The notes below the pieces were generated by a model. That model saw only the letters and a list, made by a program, of their open reading frames with translations, was not told the DNA's origin and ran no database searches. A DNA stretch of 64,000 nucleotides, taken from Octopus sinensis. Taxonomy: Eukaryota. Location: NCBI RefSeq assembly GCF_006345805.1, contig NC_043005.1:68572001-68636000 (forward strand). Reading direction: 5' to 3'. Every line of letters starts with the position of its first letter. Position 1 is the stretch's first letter. Position numbers and translations under genes: made by a program. Shown here piece by piece: positions 24,101 through 36,430 of this stretch.

Positions 24101-25747
24101 ACCGGAATTATTATATATGTTTATAATGGTCTAGACAAGCATCTGCAGCTAGCAAGCCATGCTACTCCAGCCGGATGATGCGCAAGACTCAGAAACTAGT
24201 TTCTGGAAGCAGGCTTGGCTGGAGGGGTGCTTGTCTCCCCCTTGTAAACATAAGGACACAGGAAATGTGTCAAGGCCGACAGGAAGCGTTGATTCTTCCT
24301 AGGGCTAAATAGCGGTGGTGTGATTCCCATTTTGAGACTGTCAAGTTCAGTTGAAAGTACACAACTGCCCCGTTACGTTTTCCGTTTTTAATTTGACACT
24401 AATTTTTAAGAAATTTCCTGCAAATTTGCTTGATAAAGAATATTCTTTGAGATGATAATTGTGAGATGGGGAGTGCTTTGAGCATTATCATTCTTGATGA
24501 TGCTAATTGCCATAATGTAGAATTATAATTTTGTGCTTCAGGTTACGTATAAATATTGGCCACTTTTCACTTATTCTATTGTTTATCTAATTGCTTGAGT
24601 TCGTTTTCATTACGATTGTGTGTAGTTTGACATATCACGTTAGATTTTATCTCCAAATAACATTGTAGAATCTTTAGCGTGTCAGACAAAATGCCTTGCG
24701 GTATTTGCTTAAGCACTTTCCGCTTTGAGATCAAATTTTGTCGTTGTCTACTCTGCCCAGTATCCTTGCAGAAACGTTAAAATAGAGAACCAGTCAAATA
24801 CTAGGGTAAATATAATTGATTGTCCACTTTATTCAGAGCCGTTCTCTTTATTGTGGTCTCAGATTTATTGCAAGGAAGAAATATTTCTCAGTTTCAGAAG
24901 TTTGTCATTTTAGAGGCATTGACAGAAAGACTATTACATGGGTGATTTGGCAACGTCATTCTGTATATTATCTTGTATATTTAACATTTTGAGATGTACA
25001 GTAGCTTTGCAGGAAGATCTGACTGCAATTTCTTATAAGACAAGAGATTGTATAGAAGGTTCCATAATAAACAACGAATTGTACATGTAACCTATTCAAA
25101 ATTAATATCCCAATTTCACTTTTAAGCAATCATACCAAATATTATACATAAAACTTTAAAATTCATTACATCCAGATTCAAACGAAAATATAAAAAGTAG
25201 ATGAAGATAACGTATAGATAAGGAAATTTGAGTAGCATTAATAAAATTGATGTTCAGACGTCTATTAAACGGCGTAGAATGCCAAAGAATTACGAAGCAT
25301 AGCTATGCAATAAAACAGTAAATTCTGAAATTCTGTATTAATTTTGCTTCTCTTGTTTGTTTATTCAAGCATTGTTAATCATAAATTTCGAATATTCAGA
25401 AATTGCAACACTTGCTCTTTGCCAATAAATGAAGAATTTTGAAATTAATGAATTCACCGAAACAAAGGCGTACGCTCGCACACGCACACAAAAATAGATT
25501 TATGCTATCCTACACAGAGACACGCACATATTCATAGATAGACCGAATCATACAAATATAAATATTTCTAATATATATTTTCGTGAGAAAATATTGTCCT
25601 TCATGATAACATCTTCGCTATTGACATTGCGTTTTCTATACCGTGATTAATTGGGGCATGATTATATGTAGGCATTATGTTTGTTCTTTTGTATTTTGTT
25701 GTAATGCACTTGAGCACTGTATACAACATTTGCGTTATTTTATATAA

Positions 25748-25803
<56 letters not shown>

Positions 25804-26039
25804 CACATAAATATATATGTGCATATATATAGCCTATATGTAATGATATGTATATATATATACAGACACACGCGCACAGCCACTCACAGCCAAGTAAGAA
25901 CACAAACACGCACACACACAAACATACCCACATATGAATACATACACACACACACAAATACATATATATTAGAATCTAGATATTGAGTTCATACGTGTTC
26001 AGTGCAATATAAAAATATATTAAAAGTGAATAATAGATA

Positions 26040-26410
26040 TAAATATAAATACTGAATAATAAATATGAATCTCTCTAAAGGAGACTACGGCAGCAGTGCT
26101 GGGTATTAATAGTTATCGCCAAGCTTGCAGGTCAGTCCAGAAAAATAGGACGAACGCTGCTGTTGATTAGCTCCAAGAGGCCATCGCCTCTAGCTAGCTA
26201 TGTGACACACAAACCTGAGCCCATTACAACCTTCAAGCAGGAGAGGTCATCATCCTCCCTATGCTGGTTCAGATATCCAGTCTAGTTTCAGGGTATTTGC
26301 CCTTTATCAATATGGAGTAATCGAACCCAGTAGGCGTCGTTGTTGACTGTCTGTTCGAAGGTTTGTAATTAGTCAGTGGAACACATCCTGCATTAGTATA
26401 AAAGGTAAAT
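26040..26410 (-). mobile_element. Probable Penelope-type pseudo-LTR remnant containing a degenerate hammerhead fold (26273-26317)
   Basis: Minus strand ttgataa-aggg-caaata-ccct-gaaa-ctag-ac-tgga. Confidence 0.45.
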
Positions 26411-26417
26411 AGTATAT

Positions 26418-26772
26418 AAGGTAAAAAGGGTAAAGATACCCATTCGGTTATGAATGACCATGGGATTGCACCACATTTACCCTCCTAGGATCAATTCTGG
26501 ACAAGATTGTTCTTGGAAGACCAGCAGTCAACCGTGAATACCAGCGTCCCCTCTCCATGTCACTGATGTTACCCAAAGGGTGGAGAGGGGGAAAAGGCCA
26601 ATACAGCTTGGCACCGGTGACGTTGCAACTCATTTTTACAGCCGACTGAACTGGAGCAACGTGCAATAAAATGTCTTGCTAAATAACACAACGCATATTT
26701 CGCTCTGAGAATCGAACTCATTACCTCATGATTGTGAGCCTGATGCTCTAACCACTGAACTATAGCCTTCAC
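26418..26772 (-). mobile_element. SINE family D (tRNA-like head, gttgtgt...agcaagac core, TTTACC-type tail)
   Basis: Minus strand gtgaaggctatagttcagtggttagagcatcaggctcacaatcatgaggtaatgagttcgattctc... Another degenerate copy lies near 12340-12520. Confidence 0.8.
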
Positions 26773-26824
26773 TATAATATATAAATAATATGTAAATAAT
26801 ATATATATAACATGTCTATATATG

Positions 26825-26930
<106 letters not shown>

Positions 26931-26941
26931 CATACATATAT

Positions 26942-26975
<34 letters not shown>

Positions 26976-29336
26976 ATATATATAATATATATATATATAA
27001 CAAGTAATATATTCTTAGCCACTTCAATATGCCTGTCAGCTCAAACGTACTCCACTGCGATTTTTTAACCCCAAGAGGACATCTCCTTTAGCTCTTTAAC
27101 GATGCAGAGCTGCATCCGATAAATTGCGAGCACGTTCTAGCAAGGGACAAGTAGGTCGGTCCTGGTTTCGGGCAATACAAGTAAAAGCTGTAAAAGACAG
27201 GACAAAGAGAATAACACAGTAAAAACAAACGATGAGGGTTGTTAAGCCAAGACGGTGGAAAAATTATTTTGAACGCATTAAGGAGACAGCTTATGAGAGG
27301 GACAGGATAAGCCGTGTTGTCTCGGTGAAAATAGCAGTTGGAAAGATGGCTTCCTTCTGTCGGCGACGAGAGAGTCGAGGAGGGGGAGTAAGAGAGAGGG
27401 AACGGTGAAGGGAAGAGGAGAAGAATAGGGAAAGGTGGGAGAGAAAACCAGAAGGGATGAAGAACAAGAGAGGGAGGGAGATAGATAGAAGAGTGCGCAT
27501 CATAATTAAGATAAAACTTACTTGGAAAAGGATGTGTGTCGTTCAACTATATAGTAATATAAATAATACATAAATATATGCATATATACATACATATATG
27601 TACATACCTATATCTATATGTATATATATACATGCATATATGGGTACAGGACATCAAAAAAACGTTGGACACGATGAGAAACGAAAACATAAAAACAAAA
27701 ACATGGGAACGAACTTTTTTTTTCAAACAACGAAATATATATATATATATATATATATGTATGCGTTTATTTATCTACACACACATAGATACATATTTAT
27801 AGTTTATTATTTGGCAATCATTCCTGAAGATTAGACATAAACACAACACAGAAGTATTTGTGAATAGAGGAGTTTATATTTTTGTTGCACAACTTATCTC
27901 TCCAAACATTTTTCTCGTCAATTTCATTCGGTTTCATAGTGTAAACCAAAAAGAAAAAAACATTGAAATTGTTTGTGAAATAATGACCATAAACATTGTG
28001 GTTTTTGCGTAATTTGTTATTTATATATGAAAATAACTGTTATTCGTGTTGCTATTACCATCATTATTATTTTCTGGACATTAATTTGCTGAATCGGTCG
28101 TAGGATAAGAAGTGATGTATCATGTCTATAAACTAAGTCTGTTTTATATTTTATACATTCTTGGTCGGTGCAGTCACTACAGTCTGTGAACTATGTCATT
28201 TACCTCGATTGTACTTTACCTGACTGCTATGATGTTGTGCCAAAGATAGAAATCTTTATTTCTCTGTTTTCAAAAGTTTCACGAGTTCCTCACTGCCCGC
28301 CACATTTTCTTCTTTATTTCTCAGGTGTGTATGAAAGACTAAGATTTTTAGTTTAGTGGAAACATAATTACAGTGCATCAAATTGGCAGACGTTTTCTTT
28401 TTGACAGTCCAATATTGAAAATTTTATCACGATAGGAAGTGACCACATAGAATATATGTTATGTGCGATATGCTATTGATTCGAAAGTGTTATGTGCTTA
28501 CTGTTTACTCGTCATAGCCAGGCTTCATCCGACTGTTACTGCCTCTTTCCACACTTTAAAATATACTATTCGGTAAACACATCTGCTCTTTTGGAAGTGT
28601 TTTTAATATCTACAATCAGATTATTGCCGAGTCCTGGAATTCTACGCACGTTTCCAATAGTACTTCACGTTTGATTTCATTTGTTCTTGCGCTGCATCTC
28701 TGGAAAAAGATATCACTTAAAGCATTTCGAAGAAATTGCCAAAAGAGCTTCTGCAATTCGAACATTCAGAAAATAAAATTTACCTTCGTTGCACGGAATA
28801 GGATTCCGACTTAATTTCGTGTGACTTAAATTACAAGCAAGTGTTATGTTTGTCCTTCTTTACTACCTTTCATATTTTAGTATATTAAAAAAAAAACGAT
28901 ATACTTACATATATATGCACATACTTACATATGTATGCACATATACACACGTCGCGGGCGCACACACACGGGCGCACACTACACACACATGGGCACATAC
29001 ACATACGCACACACACATACACACACACAGATTTCTAAAAATCTCCTTGTAAACACGGTTATACAGCCTGTATACCGATGTAAACATTGGCAGAATCACA
29101 CCTTTAGTTCATATAAGTTATATCTATCATTATATATAATTTACACATTAATTTTCGTCTTACATTTCGCATTCACTGGATATATCTTTTTCCAAGACTT
29201 TAAGGTTATATTTAATTTACATATCGTTATATACTTCTCATTTATATACTGTAATGTTTATTTTTTTATAAAAAAACAAACTTAATAGCGCTCTGTTAAT
29301 CACTATACAAATCCTGTTTAAATATCTTATTGACGA

Positions 29337-29425
29337 GTTTCCATAAAGAGAAGATAACATTGTTTTACACCATTTTATTCATTTGAAATAAAACCAGTGA
29401 TATCTTCGAAACACGTGTCGGAAGT
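29337..29425 (+). ncRNA. Degenerate (probably inactive) minimal type-I hammerhead ribozyme
   Basis: Stem I gtttcc/ggaagt; 7-nt core ataaaga in place of CUGANGA; stem II gaagata/tatcttc; GAAA; palindromic stem III cacgtg; GUC triplet. Confidence 0.6.
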
Positions 29426-29624
29426 AGAAGAATTTAAATAAGACCTGCGTTTAACTCCATTTATTTATTTAGTTATATGATACAAAATATTTCACGTAAA
29501 GCCGGAGTTTCTACCTTTAAAAATAAGGAGTTACACCATTTTTACTAGTTTGATTTTTTGCTACCCTGGTAACTATTTATCTATTTTTTACGTGTTAATT
29601 GTTAACAATGGAAAAATACACACA

Positions 29625-29666
<42 letters not shown>

Positions 29667-29672
29667 TATATA

Positions 29673-29725
<53 letters not shown>

Positions 29726-29727
<2 letters not shown>

Positions 29728-29825
29728 AAATAAGCAACAAGAATGACTCCGGTAATTTGGTACAAAATGATGTAGTGCGGAACAATTGTACCAAATTACC
29801 GGAGTCATTCTTGTTGCTTATTTTG
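29726..29825. repeat. Perfect 40-bp inverted repeat with 20-nt spacer
   Basis: 29726-29765 is the exact reverse complement of 29786-29825. Confidence 0.97.
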
Positions 29826-29950
29826 ATTATAATCATCCCACAAATGGATAACACCATACAAAATTCTGGTGCATCTAAATTAAGTACCATATTCATTCGA
29901 ATGTAAACTTTTGCTATATATATATATATATATATAACAGCATGTATGTA

Positions 29951-30006
<56 letters not shown>

Positions 30007-30157
30007 ATATATAATGAAAATTATATATCGGTCTTCTCCATCTTTTCACAGTATCACTGAACTGGTAAGGAAATGCGCAACCAGAAACACTCAGACTATA
30101 TAAATATTGGGCATTAATCAATATTTGTTGAGTTTGCTAAAGGTTAAATTATATACA

Positions 30158-30205
<48 letters not shown>

Positions 30206-30761
30206 CCTTAAGTATGTATCTGCTACACCAATCACTATTTTGTTTGTCATACTATGTTAAAATAATTTCTGTGTGTAAATGATGATGGCATTAAACGCTA
30301 CTTTAATAACGTGTCAGAGTATTATTATTAATAATTATATTTGTTGCGCAGCGGAAATTTAACGAAGAATTATTCGTCGTCACAATGATGATTTGTCCTA
30401 TTGAGAAAACGTATTAAATGAGGGATTATTATTCTGTAAGTCATTACGTATACTTTGCTTCGCATACATACACAAACCCTCCATTGATTCGTTTCTTCCC
30501 TTTAGAAAATTATAGAACAAATATATAGAGGAAACTGAAATTATGTAGGAACAGCAACAGACAACACCGAAATAAACATCTTAATACACAGCCAATTAAG
30601 TGTGGTTTCGCTCAACCAACTGCAATCAAGTTGAAATCTTCTACTTTGTATCATTAGTAATTATTTCACAGATGCTCGAGAGGAAAAGATAGGTTCTCGA
30701 GACAGGTGGGATTGATGTTATTAATCTTCCATGTAAACTATTGAAAACTGTGTCTTTCAAG

Positions 30762-30848
30762 AACAATGTAAGCAGGGAGGTGATTCCTAGGATCCGATAT
30801 ATTTCGAAAGAAGGATTTGGGCATAAACATCAAAATGATTATAAAAAG
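30762..30848 (+). CDS. Candidate 87-nt phase 0-0 exon (NNVSREVIPRIRYISKEGFGHKHQNDYKK)
   Basis: Acceptor gtgtctttcaag, donor aag|gtagga, within the non-repetitive part of ORF 30741-31265. No homology recognised. Confidence 0.3.
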
Positions 30849-30932
30849 GTAGGATATGGTATGAATAAACAAAGGGTGAGGGACTACGTGGCTGGAATTG
30901 CCAACTTTACTCCTCACTTAAATTTGCTGACA

Positions 30933-30964
30933 TCATTCTTCTTCTTCTTCTTCTTCTTCTTCTT

Positions 30965-30995
<31 letters not shown>

Positions 30996-31256
30996 TTATT
31001 ATTATTATTTTTGTTTTCTTCTTCTTCTTCTTCTTCTTCTTCTTCTTCTTCTTCTTCCTCCTCTTCATTTTGTTTTCTTCTCCTTCTTCCTCTTCTTCAT
31101 TTTGATTCTTCTTCTTCTTCCTCTTCTTCATTTTGTTTTCTTCTTCTTCTTCTTCTTTTTCTTTTCTTCTTCTTCTTCTTCTTCTTCCCTTCTTTTTCTT
31201 CTTCTTCTTCTCCTTCTTTTTCATCTTCTCCTCTCCTTCCTCTTCTTCTTTTCTTC
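30933..31256. repeat. Imperfect (TTC)n tract
   Basis: Seen directly. Confidence 0.97.
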
Positions 31257-32465
31257 TTAAGTTAAGTTAAGTTAATTTTTGGGCTCGAAAAGCAAAAAGC
31301 AAGGCCATGTAGGGGGACATGGAGTTATGTACATGGAGGGTGTTCATGCAAAGAGTTCAGGCCATTTCTAGTCAAGAGAGACTTTGAACCGAGCGGTCGT
31401 CGGCATCTTCAATATCTCGTCCGGCAGCTTAATCCACGGAATGTCAACTCGGACGGAGAAAGCCCCTCTCCTTCGATTGAGATGAAATCGTCGCAGATAG
31501 AGCTTTTCGGAGTGACCCCACAGCCGACGCTCTGGAGCAGGAGTGAAGAACAGCTCTTTCAAGAGGTTACACTTTCCGCTTATGATGTTGTGAGCGAGAA
31601 TGAGATCACTACGGAGTTGTGGTTTTTCTAGAGAATAATGGTCGAGCGTCTTCAGCCTTTCTTCATAAGACAAATGCTTGAGACCAAGAACCATGCGGGT
31701 AGTCAGCTTCTGGACACTTTCGAGATGGTGTATGTCTTTGAGGAGATAAGGAGAAGAGGCTAGAATCCCGTACTCCAATATGGGTCACACCAGCGTGACA
31801 TAGAGCGGTAGGAATATGGCTGCTGTGATCATTCCGAATGACCGTCGAATCAAAAACAGAACTCTGCGTGCTTTATTGGCAGCATGGACGCACTGGGCCG
31901 AAGGCAAAAAGGAAGAATCCACCAAGATACCAAGGTCCTTTACCTGGTCGGTCCTCTCCAGCAACAGACGACCTGGCTCGAAATCAAGTTGAGTTGAAGG
32001 AGAGGAGCCAACAGGCAGATGACAGCACTTTGACACGTTCAGACACAGGACCTATTCGTTAGACCATCTCCAAACTTGGTGGAGGCATCGACGAAGATCA
32101 TCTATATCACCGCGTGGAGCGACCAGTTTGATATCATCGGCAAATAGAAGGGTGTGTTGCGTGAGGTCGTCGAGAAAGTCATTTATGAAGACTAAAAACA
32201 ATAAGGGCCCAAGCACTGAACCGAGGCCCGCCACTGCTCGCACTTGGACTTGGAAGGAGCGATCTGAGAGGAAGGCACCCATCGTACAATGTCCGGATGG
32301 AAACTATATGATTGAAGCTTGACAAGTAATAGGCGGTGGTTAACCGAGTCAAAAGCTTTGGCAAAGTCCAATAAAATGATGTCAACAGCATCATCCAGGA
32401 TACGCGTCACCAATTCTTCCAGTAAGTTGGTCAAGCATGATCTCTTCGGCACAAAGCCTTGCTGG
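31257..32465 (-). mobile_element. 5'-truncated CR1-clade LINE (RT domain to 3' end), frameshifted
   Basis: QQGFVPKRSCLTNLL, LDFAKAFDSVNH, GSVLGPLLFLVFIND, LFADDIKL, VKDLGILVDS, LYVTLVRPILEYG, LESVQKLTTRMVLGLKHLSYEERL and DLILAHNIISG; 3' tail (AACTT)3. Confidence 0.93.
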
Positions 32466-32716
32466 CTTCTTCTTCTTCTTCTTCTCTTTTCTTCTTCTTC
32501 TTCTTCTTCTTCTTCTTCTTCTTCTTCTTCTTCTTCTTCTTTTCTTCTTCTTCTTCTTCTTCTTTTTCTTTTCTTCTTTTCTTCTTCTTCTTCTTCTTTT
32601 CTTCTTCTTCCTCTTCTTTTTCTTTTCTTCTTCTTCTTCTTGTCATTATTATTATTACTTATATTTCTTTCCATTATAACTTTATTTCAGCTTATTAATA
32701 TCATTATCCTGATTAC

Positions 32717-32768
<52 letters not shown>
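32466..32768. repeat. (TTC)n then (ATT)n microsatellites
   Basis: Seen directly. Confidence 0.97.
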
Positions 32769-32769
<1 letters not shown>

Positions 32770-32770
<1 letters not shown>

Positions 32771-33185
32771 GGGTACACGAGGCACATGCATCACAACCAT
32801 ATATACGCGACATAGTGATCTCATATCAAGATAAGCATGACCGTTAGAATTTTCCTCTGGTCGAGTAGCTCATCCCGCACAAAAGGTCCCTGAATAAGGG
32901 TTGTTTAAGGATGTTGAACAACATACCCATGTTTCCAAATTGGATTTATCCAAACCCTCTCCTCACATACTTATGATGCTCCCCAACTTCCTCTACTCGT
33001 GATCAGAAAATCATTCGTCAGCTACTAAGGGACATGATTCACTGGTTAAGATTCGATGTCATGCACTACAGCAGTAGCTCGACAGAACTTGCTGAACATT
33101 TCGTTTCAAAAAACTGTCAAACAATTGACAAGCAAATCTGCAGTATTGAGCAGAATATTTGCTGTAGCACATCTTTTATACCAAA
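32770..33185 (-). mobile_element. (TAA)n-anchored non-coding repeat, copy 2 (truncated at both ends, interrupted by a 65-bp PLE segment)
   Basis: Colinear with 34140-34525; (ATT)n on both sides. Confidence 0.85.
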
Positions 33186-33204
33186 TTATTATTATTTAAT
33201 GGGG

Positions 33205-33718
33205 ACAGAATCGATGTCATGCACTACAGCAGTAGCTCGACAGAACTTGCTGAACATTTCGTTTCAAACAACTGCAATTTTGAAAAAGACTTGAAAGTGC
33301 ATAGTCTCAGAAAATATTCACTTTCACTTCTCAGAATGCATGAGGAGAAATATGATTTCGGGTTATTAACATCACGCCCTGGAGGAAAGAATAAAATTGC
33401 AGGAGTTATACAAAACTGTTTGATTAAATATTCTTCTTTTCCCTTTTCTTTTTTTTTATTTTTTTCCTTCATCATTTTTCTGTCTTTTTTCTGTCTTTTT
33501 CTTTTCGCCTGTTATAAAATTGAAACTTAAAAACTGATGATGCCATTCCATCAATTATGGATGATGGCTGCTGTCGTTCATACTTTACATTTAACTTTCT
33601 ATAATTTTGAATTTTTATCACCTCTTATTTTGAACTTGACAAAGAGAGACTTACTGTCGAGATATCGGTCAACCAATAAAATATCTATTTCAATCGAATC
33701 GCACTTCTTCTTGACAAT
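33205..33718 (+). mobile_element. Penelope-like 3' end / pseudo-LTR copy (end of GIY-YIG domain, hammerhead relic, AATAAA)
   Basis: HYSSSSTELAEHFVSNNCNFEKDLKVH... Homologous to 35830-36040 (direct) and 34700-35130 (inverted). Confidence 0.8.
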
Positions 33719-33732
33719 TATTATTATTATTA

Positions 33733-33777
<45 letters not shown>

Positions 33778-33782
33778 TTAAT

Positions 33783-33960
33783 AACGCGGTGAACTAGCAG
33801 AATTGTTAGCGCTGCGTTCTGAGTTCAAATTCCGCCGAGGCTGACTTTGCCTTTCATCATTTCGGGGCCGATAATTTAAGTACCAGTGAAACACTGGGGT
33901 CAATGTACTTGACTAATCCCCACCCCACAAATCTGAGGGCTCATGCCTCCGGAAGAAAAG
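33783..33960 (+). mobile_element. SINE family A with internal deletion
   Basis: Head, core and tail recognisable; flanked by (TAT)n. Confidence 0.8.
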
Positions 33961-34011
33961 GCTGTTGTTGTTGTTTTGGTGTTGTTGTTATTATTATTGT
34001 TATTATTATTA

Positions 34012-34051
<40 letters not shown>

Positions 34052-34052
<1 letters not shown>

Positions 34053-34610
34053 GAGTGATAGAGCAGTTCATGCCATCAAAGTGACACTGGGGTAAAATAT
34101 ACGAAGCCCAATATACCCATCATGACTACCCGTCTGATAAGGGTACACCAGGCACATGCATCACAACCATATGTGCGCGACATGGGGATTTCATATCAAG
34201 ATAAACAGCGCATGACCTTGCAGGTGGGGCCCAGTTAGAATTTCCTTCAGGTTGAGTAGCCCATCCCGCTCAAAAGGTTCCTGAATCAGGGTTGTTTAAG
34301 GATGTTGAAAGAACCACCCATGTTTCCAGAGGTGAATTATTCAAACCCCAAAGAATCCCTCTCAACACATGGCTATGATGCTCCCCTACTACTTCTGCTC
34401 GTGATCAGAGACGCACATATCGTCAGCCACTAAGGGACATGCTCAACTGGTTAAGGTCAAGCAACCGACAAGCAAATCTGTGGTATTGAGCAGAATATTT
34501 GCTGTAGCCCATCTTTTATACCAAGACAAAATAATGTACATGATAACACTTCCAATCAGTTAAGATCAGAAGCCATGAGAGTCACTGCCTGGTACTGCAT
34601 CAGGGCATTT
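34052..34610 (-). mobile_element. (TAA)n-anchored non-coding repeat, apparently complete about 560-bp copy
   Basis: Flanked on both sides by long (ATT)n; no coding remnant recognised; two other copies in the window. Confidence 0.85.
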
Positions 34611-34641
34611 ATTATTATTATTATTATAATTATTGTTATTA

Positions 34642-34699
<58 letters not shown>

Positions 34700-34701
<2 letters not shown>

Positions 34702-36040
34702 GACGTAGCGCAATTCGATTGTAATAGATATTTTATTGGTTGACGAATATTTCGACAGTAAGTCTGTCTTTGTCAAGTTCAAAATAAGAGGTGATAAAAA
34801 TTCAAAATTATAATTTTGAATTTTAAGTATGAACGACAGCAACCATCGCCCACAAGTTGAAGGAATGACATCAATGGTCTCTAAGTTTCAATTTTATAAC
34901 AGGCGAAAAGAAAAAGACAGAAAAAGGACAGAAAAATAGGAAAGAAAAAAAAAGAAAAAGAAAAGGAAAAGGTAAAGAAAAGAAAAAGTTTTGTTTAAAT
35001 GTGATGTTATTCTCCTGTCATCTTATTCATTCCTCCAGGGCGTGATGTTAATAAGCCGCAAATACCTTTCTCCTTGTGCATTCTGAGAAGTGAAAGTGAA
35101 GCAGACTCAGAATATTTTCTGACAATATGCATTCAGATAGATTGGTGACAGTTATTTTGCAAGCCCACGTCATCCCACATTTATCTCCACCGCCGTTCCG
35201 ATCATCCACATCATATTATTCGGTCAACGGATTTGTACTGACATAAGGGATTACTGGAAACATTCAAATGCTTTTGTACAACATTATGTCAAAGGCGGTT
35301 ACAGTGAATCACGATTAAAGGAAATAGCAAATAAAATAGCTAAGATTAGCAATGATAGTCAAACCGTCACGCATGATTTTAGCAAACACAGTACAATGGA
35401 TGACAGAATTCCTTTAGGGATTAACTGACACCGAAATTTCGCTGGTATCTCAAAAGTGTTGCATGAAAGTTACCAGCATGTGGCGAAAAAATTTGCTCGT
35501 TTCAACAAATATTACCTCAGCCGCCTATTTGTAGCCTTTAGACGTAATAAGAATATAAAAGAATTATTGATCTCAATTTCTGACTTTAAGAAAACAAACT
35601 TTGAAATATCTTCAGGCTGTACATTGAAAATCAGCCGCAAGAGAGGTAATCCCTGTTCATTGAGCAACATGTGTCAAGTGAATTCCATCAGGAATCATAA
35701 CAGAAATGTTATGATTTATTCAGAAGGTGAGACATGTAGAGATTCACATTAGGTGTAAGCGGCAGTATAGATTAAATACAACTTGATTTATGTTGGTTGT
35801 ACAACAGAACATTAATGGGCAGAGATTCGACATCAGGCACAATAAGAGTAGTTCGACATAACTTGCTGAACATTTCGTTTCAAACAGCTGCAATCTTGAA
35901 AAAGACTTGAAAGTGCATATTCTCAGAAGATATTCTGAATCTGCTTCACTGAATTTTTATCACCTCTTATTTTGAAATTGACAAAGGTAAACTTACTGGT
36001 AAAATATATTTTAATCGAGAAAATATCTATTACAATTGCT
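34700..36040 (+). mobile_element. 5'-truncated Penelope-like element with inverted 5' pseudo-LTR (34700-35130), RT thumb, linker and GIY-YIG remnants (35135-35950), and a partly deleted 3' pseudo-LTR
   Basis: LFCKPTSSHIYLHRRSDHPHH, GGYSESRLKEIA, FVAFRRNKNIKELLI, LIYVGCTT and LAEHF. Confidence 0.88.
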
Positions 36041-36430
36041 GCATTCTGAGTTCAAACTTCGCCGAGGCAGACTTTGCCTTTAATCCTTTCGGGGGTCGAT
36101 AAATCAACTACAGTGAAACATTGGTGTCGAATTATTCGAGTAGACACCTCCCCAAATGTGCCTTTAGTAGAAAGGATTATTATTAATATTGTTGTTGTTG
36201 TTATTATTATTTAAGGCTGCGAGGTAGCAGAATCGTTAGCAAGCTGAGCAAAGTACTTAGCGTTATTTCGCCTGTCTTTACGTTCTGAGTTGAAATTCCG
36301 TCGAGGTCGACTTTGCCTCCCATCCTTTCGGGGTCGATGAATAAAGTACCGGTGAAACTCTGGAGTCGATATAATTGAATAATCGCATCTCATAAAATTT
36401 CAGGCCTTGTGTCTTTAGCAGAAAGCATTA
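36040..36430 (+). mobile_element. Two SINE family A copies (36040-36180 headless; 36213-36430)
   Basis: Family core and tail. Confidence 0.85.

Noticed and set aside
27040-27520. Hammerhead in a pseudo-LTR-like repeat (minus strand gcccgaaaccaggac)
   Set aside because: Only the GAAA half is recognisable; no core or stem II partner.
28326-28560. Plus-strand exons after strong acceptors (GVYERLRFLV*; QASSDCYCLFPHFKIYYS)
   Set aside because: They are short, with no corroborating neighbours or homology, and such acceptors are common in AT-rich introns.
34530-34610. HDV-like ribozyme at the 5' end of the TAA-anchored element
   Set aside because: Two hairpins are present, but I could not assign P1, P1.1, P2 and P3 pairings, so it is kept only as a test suggestion.
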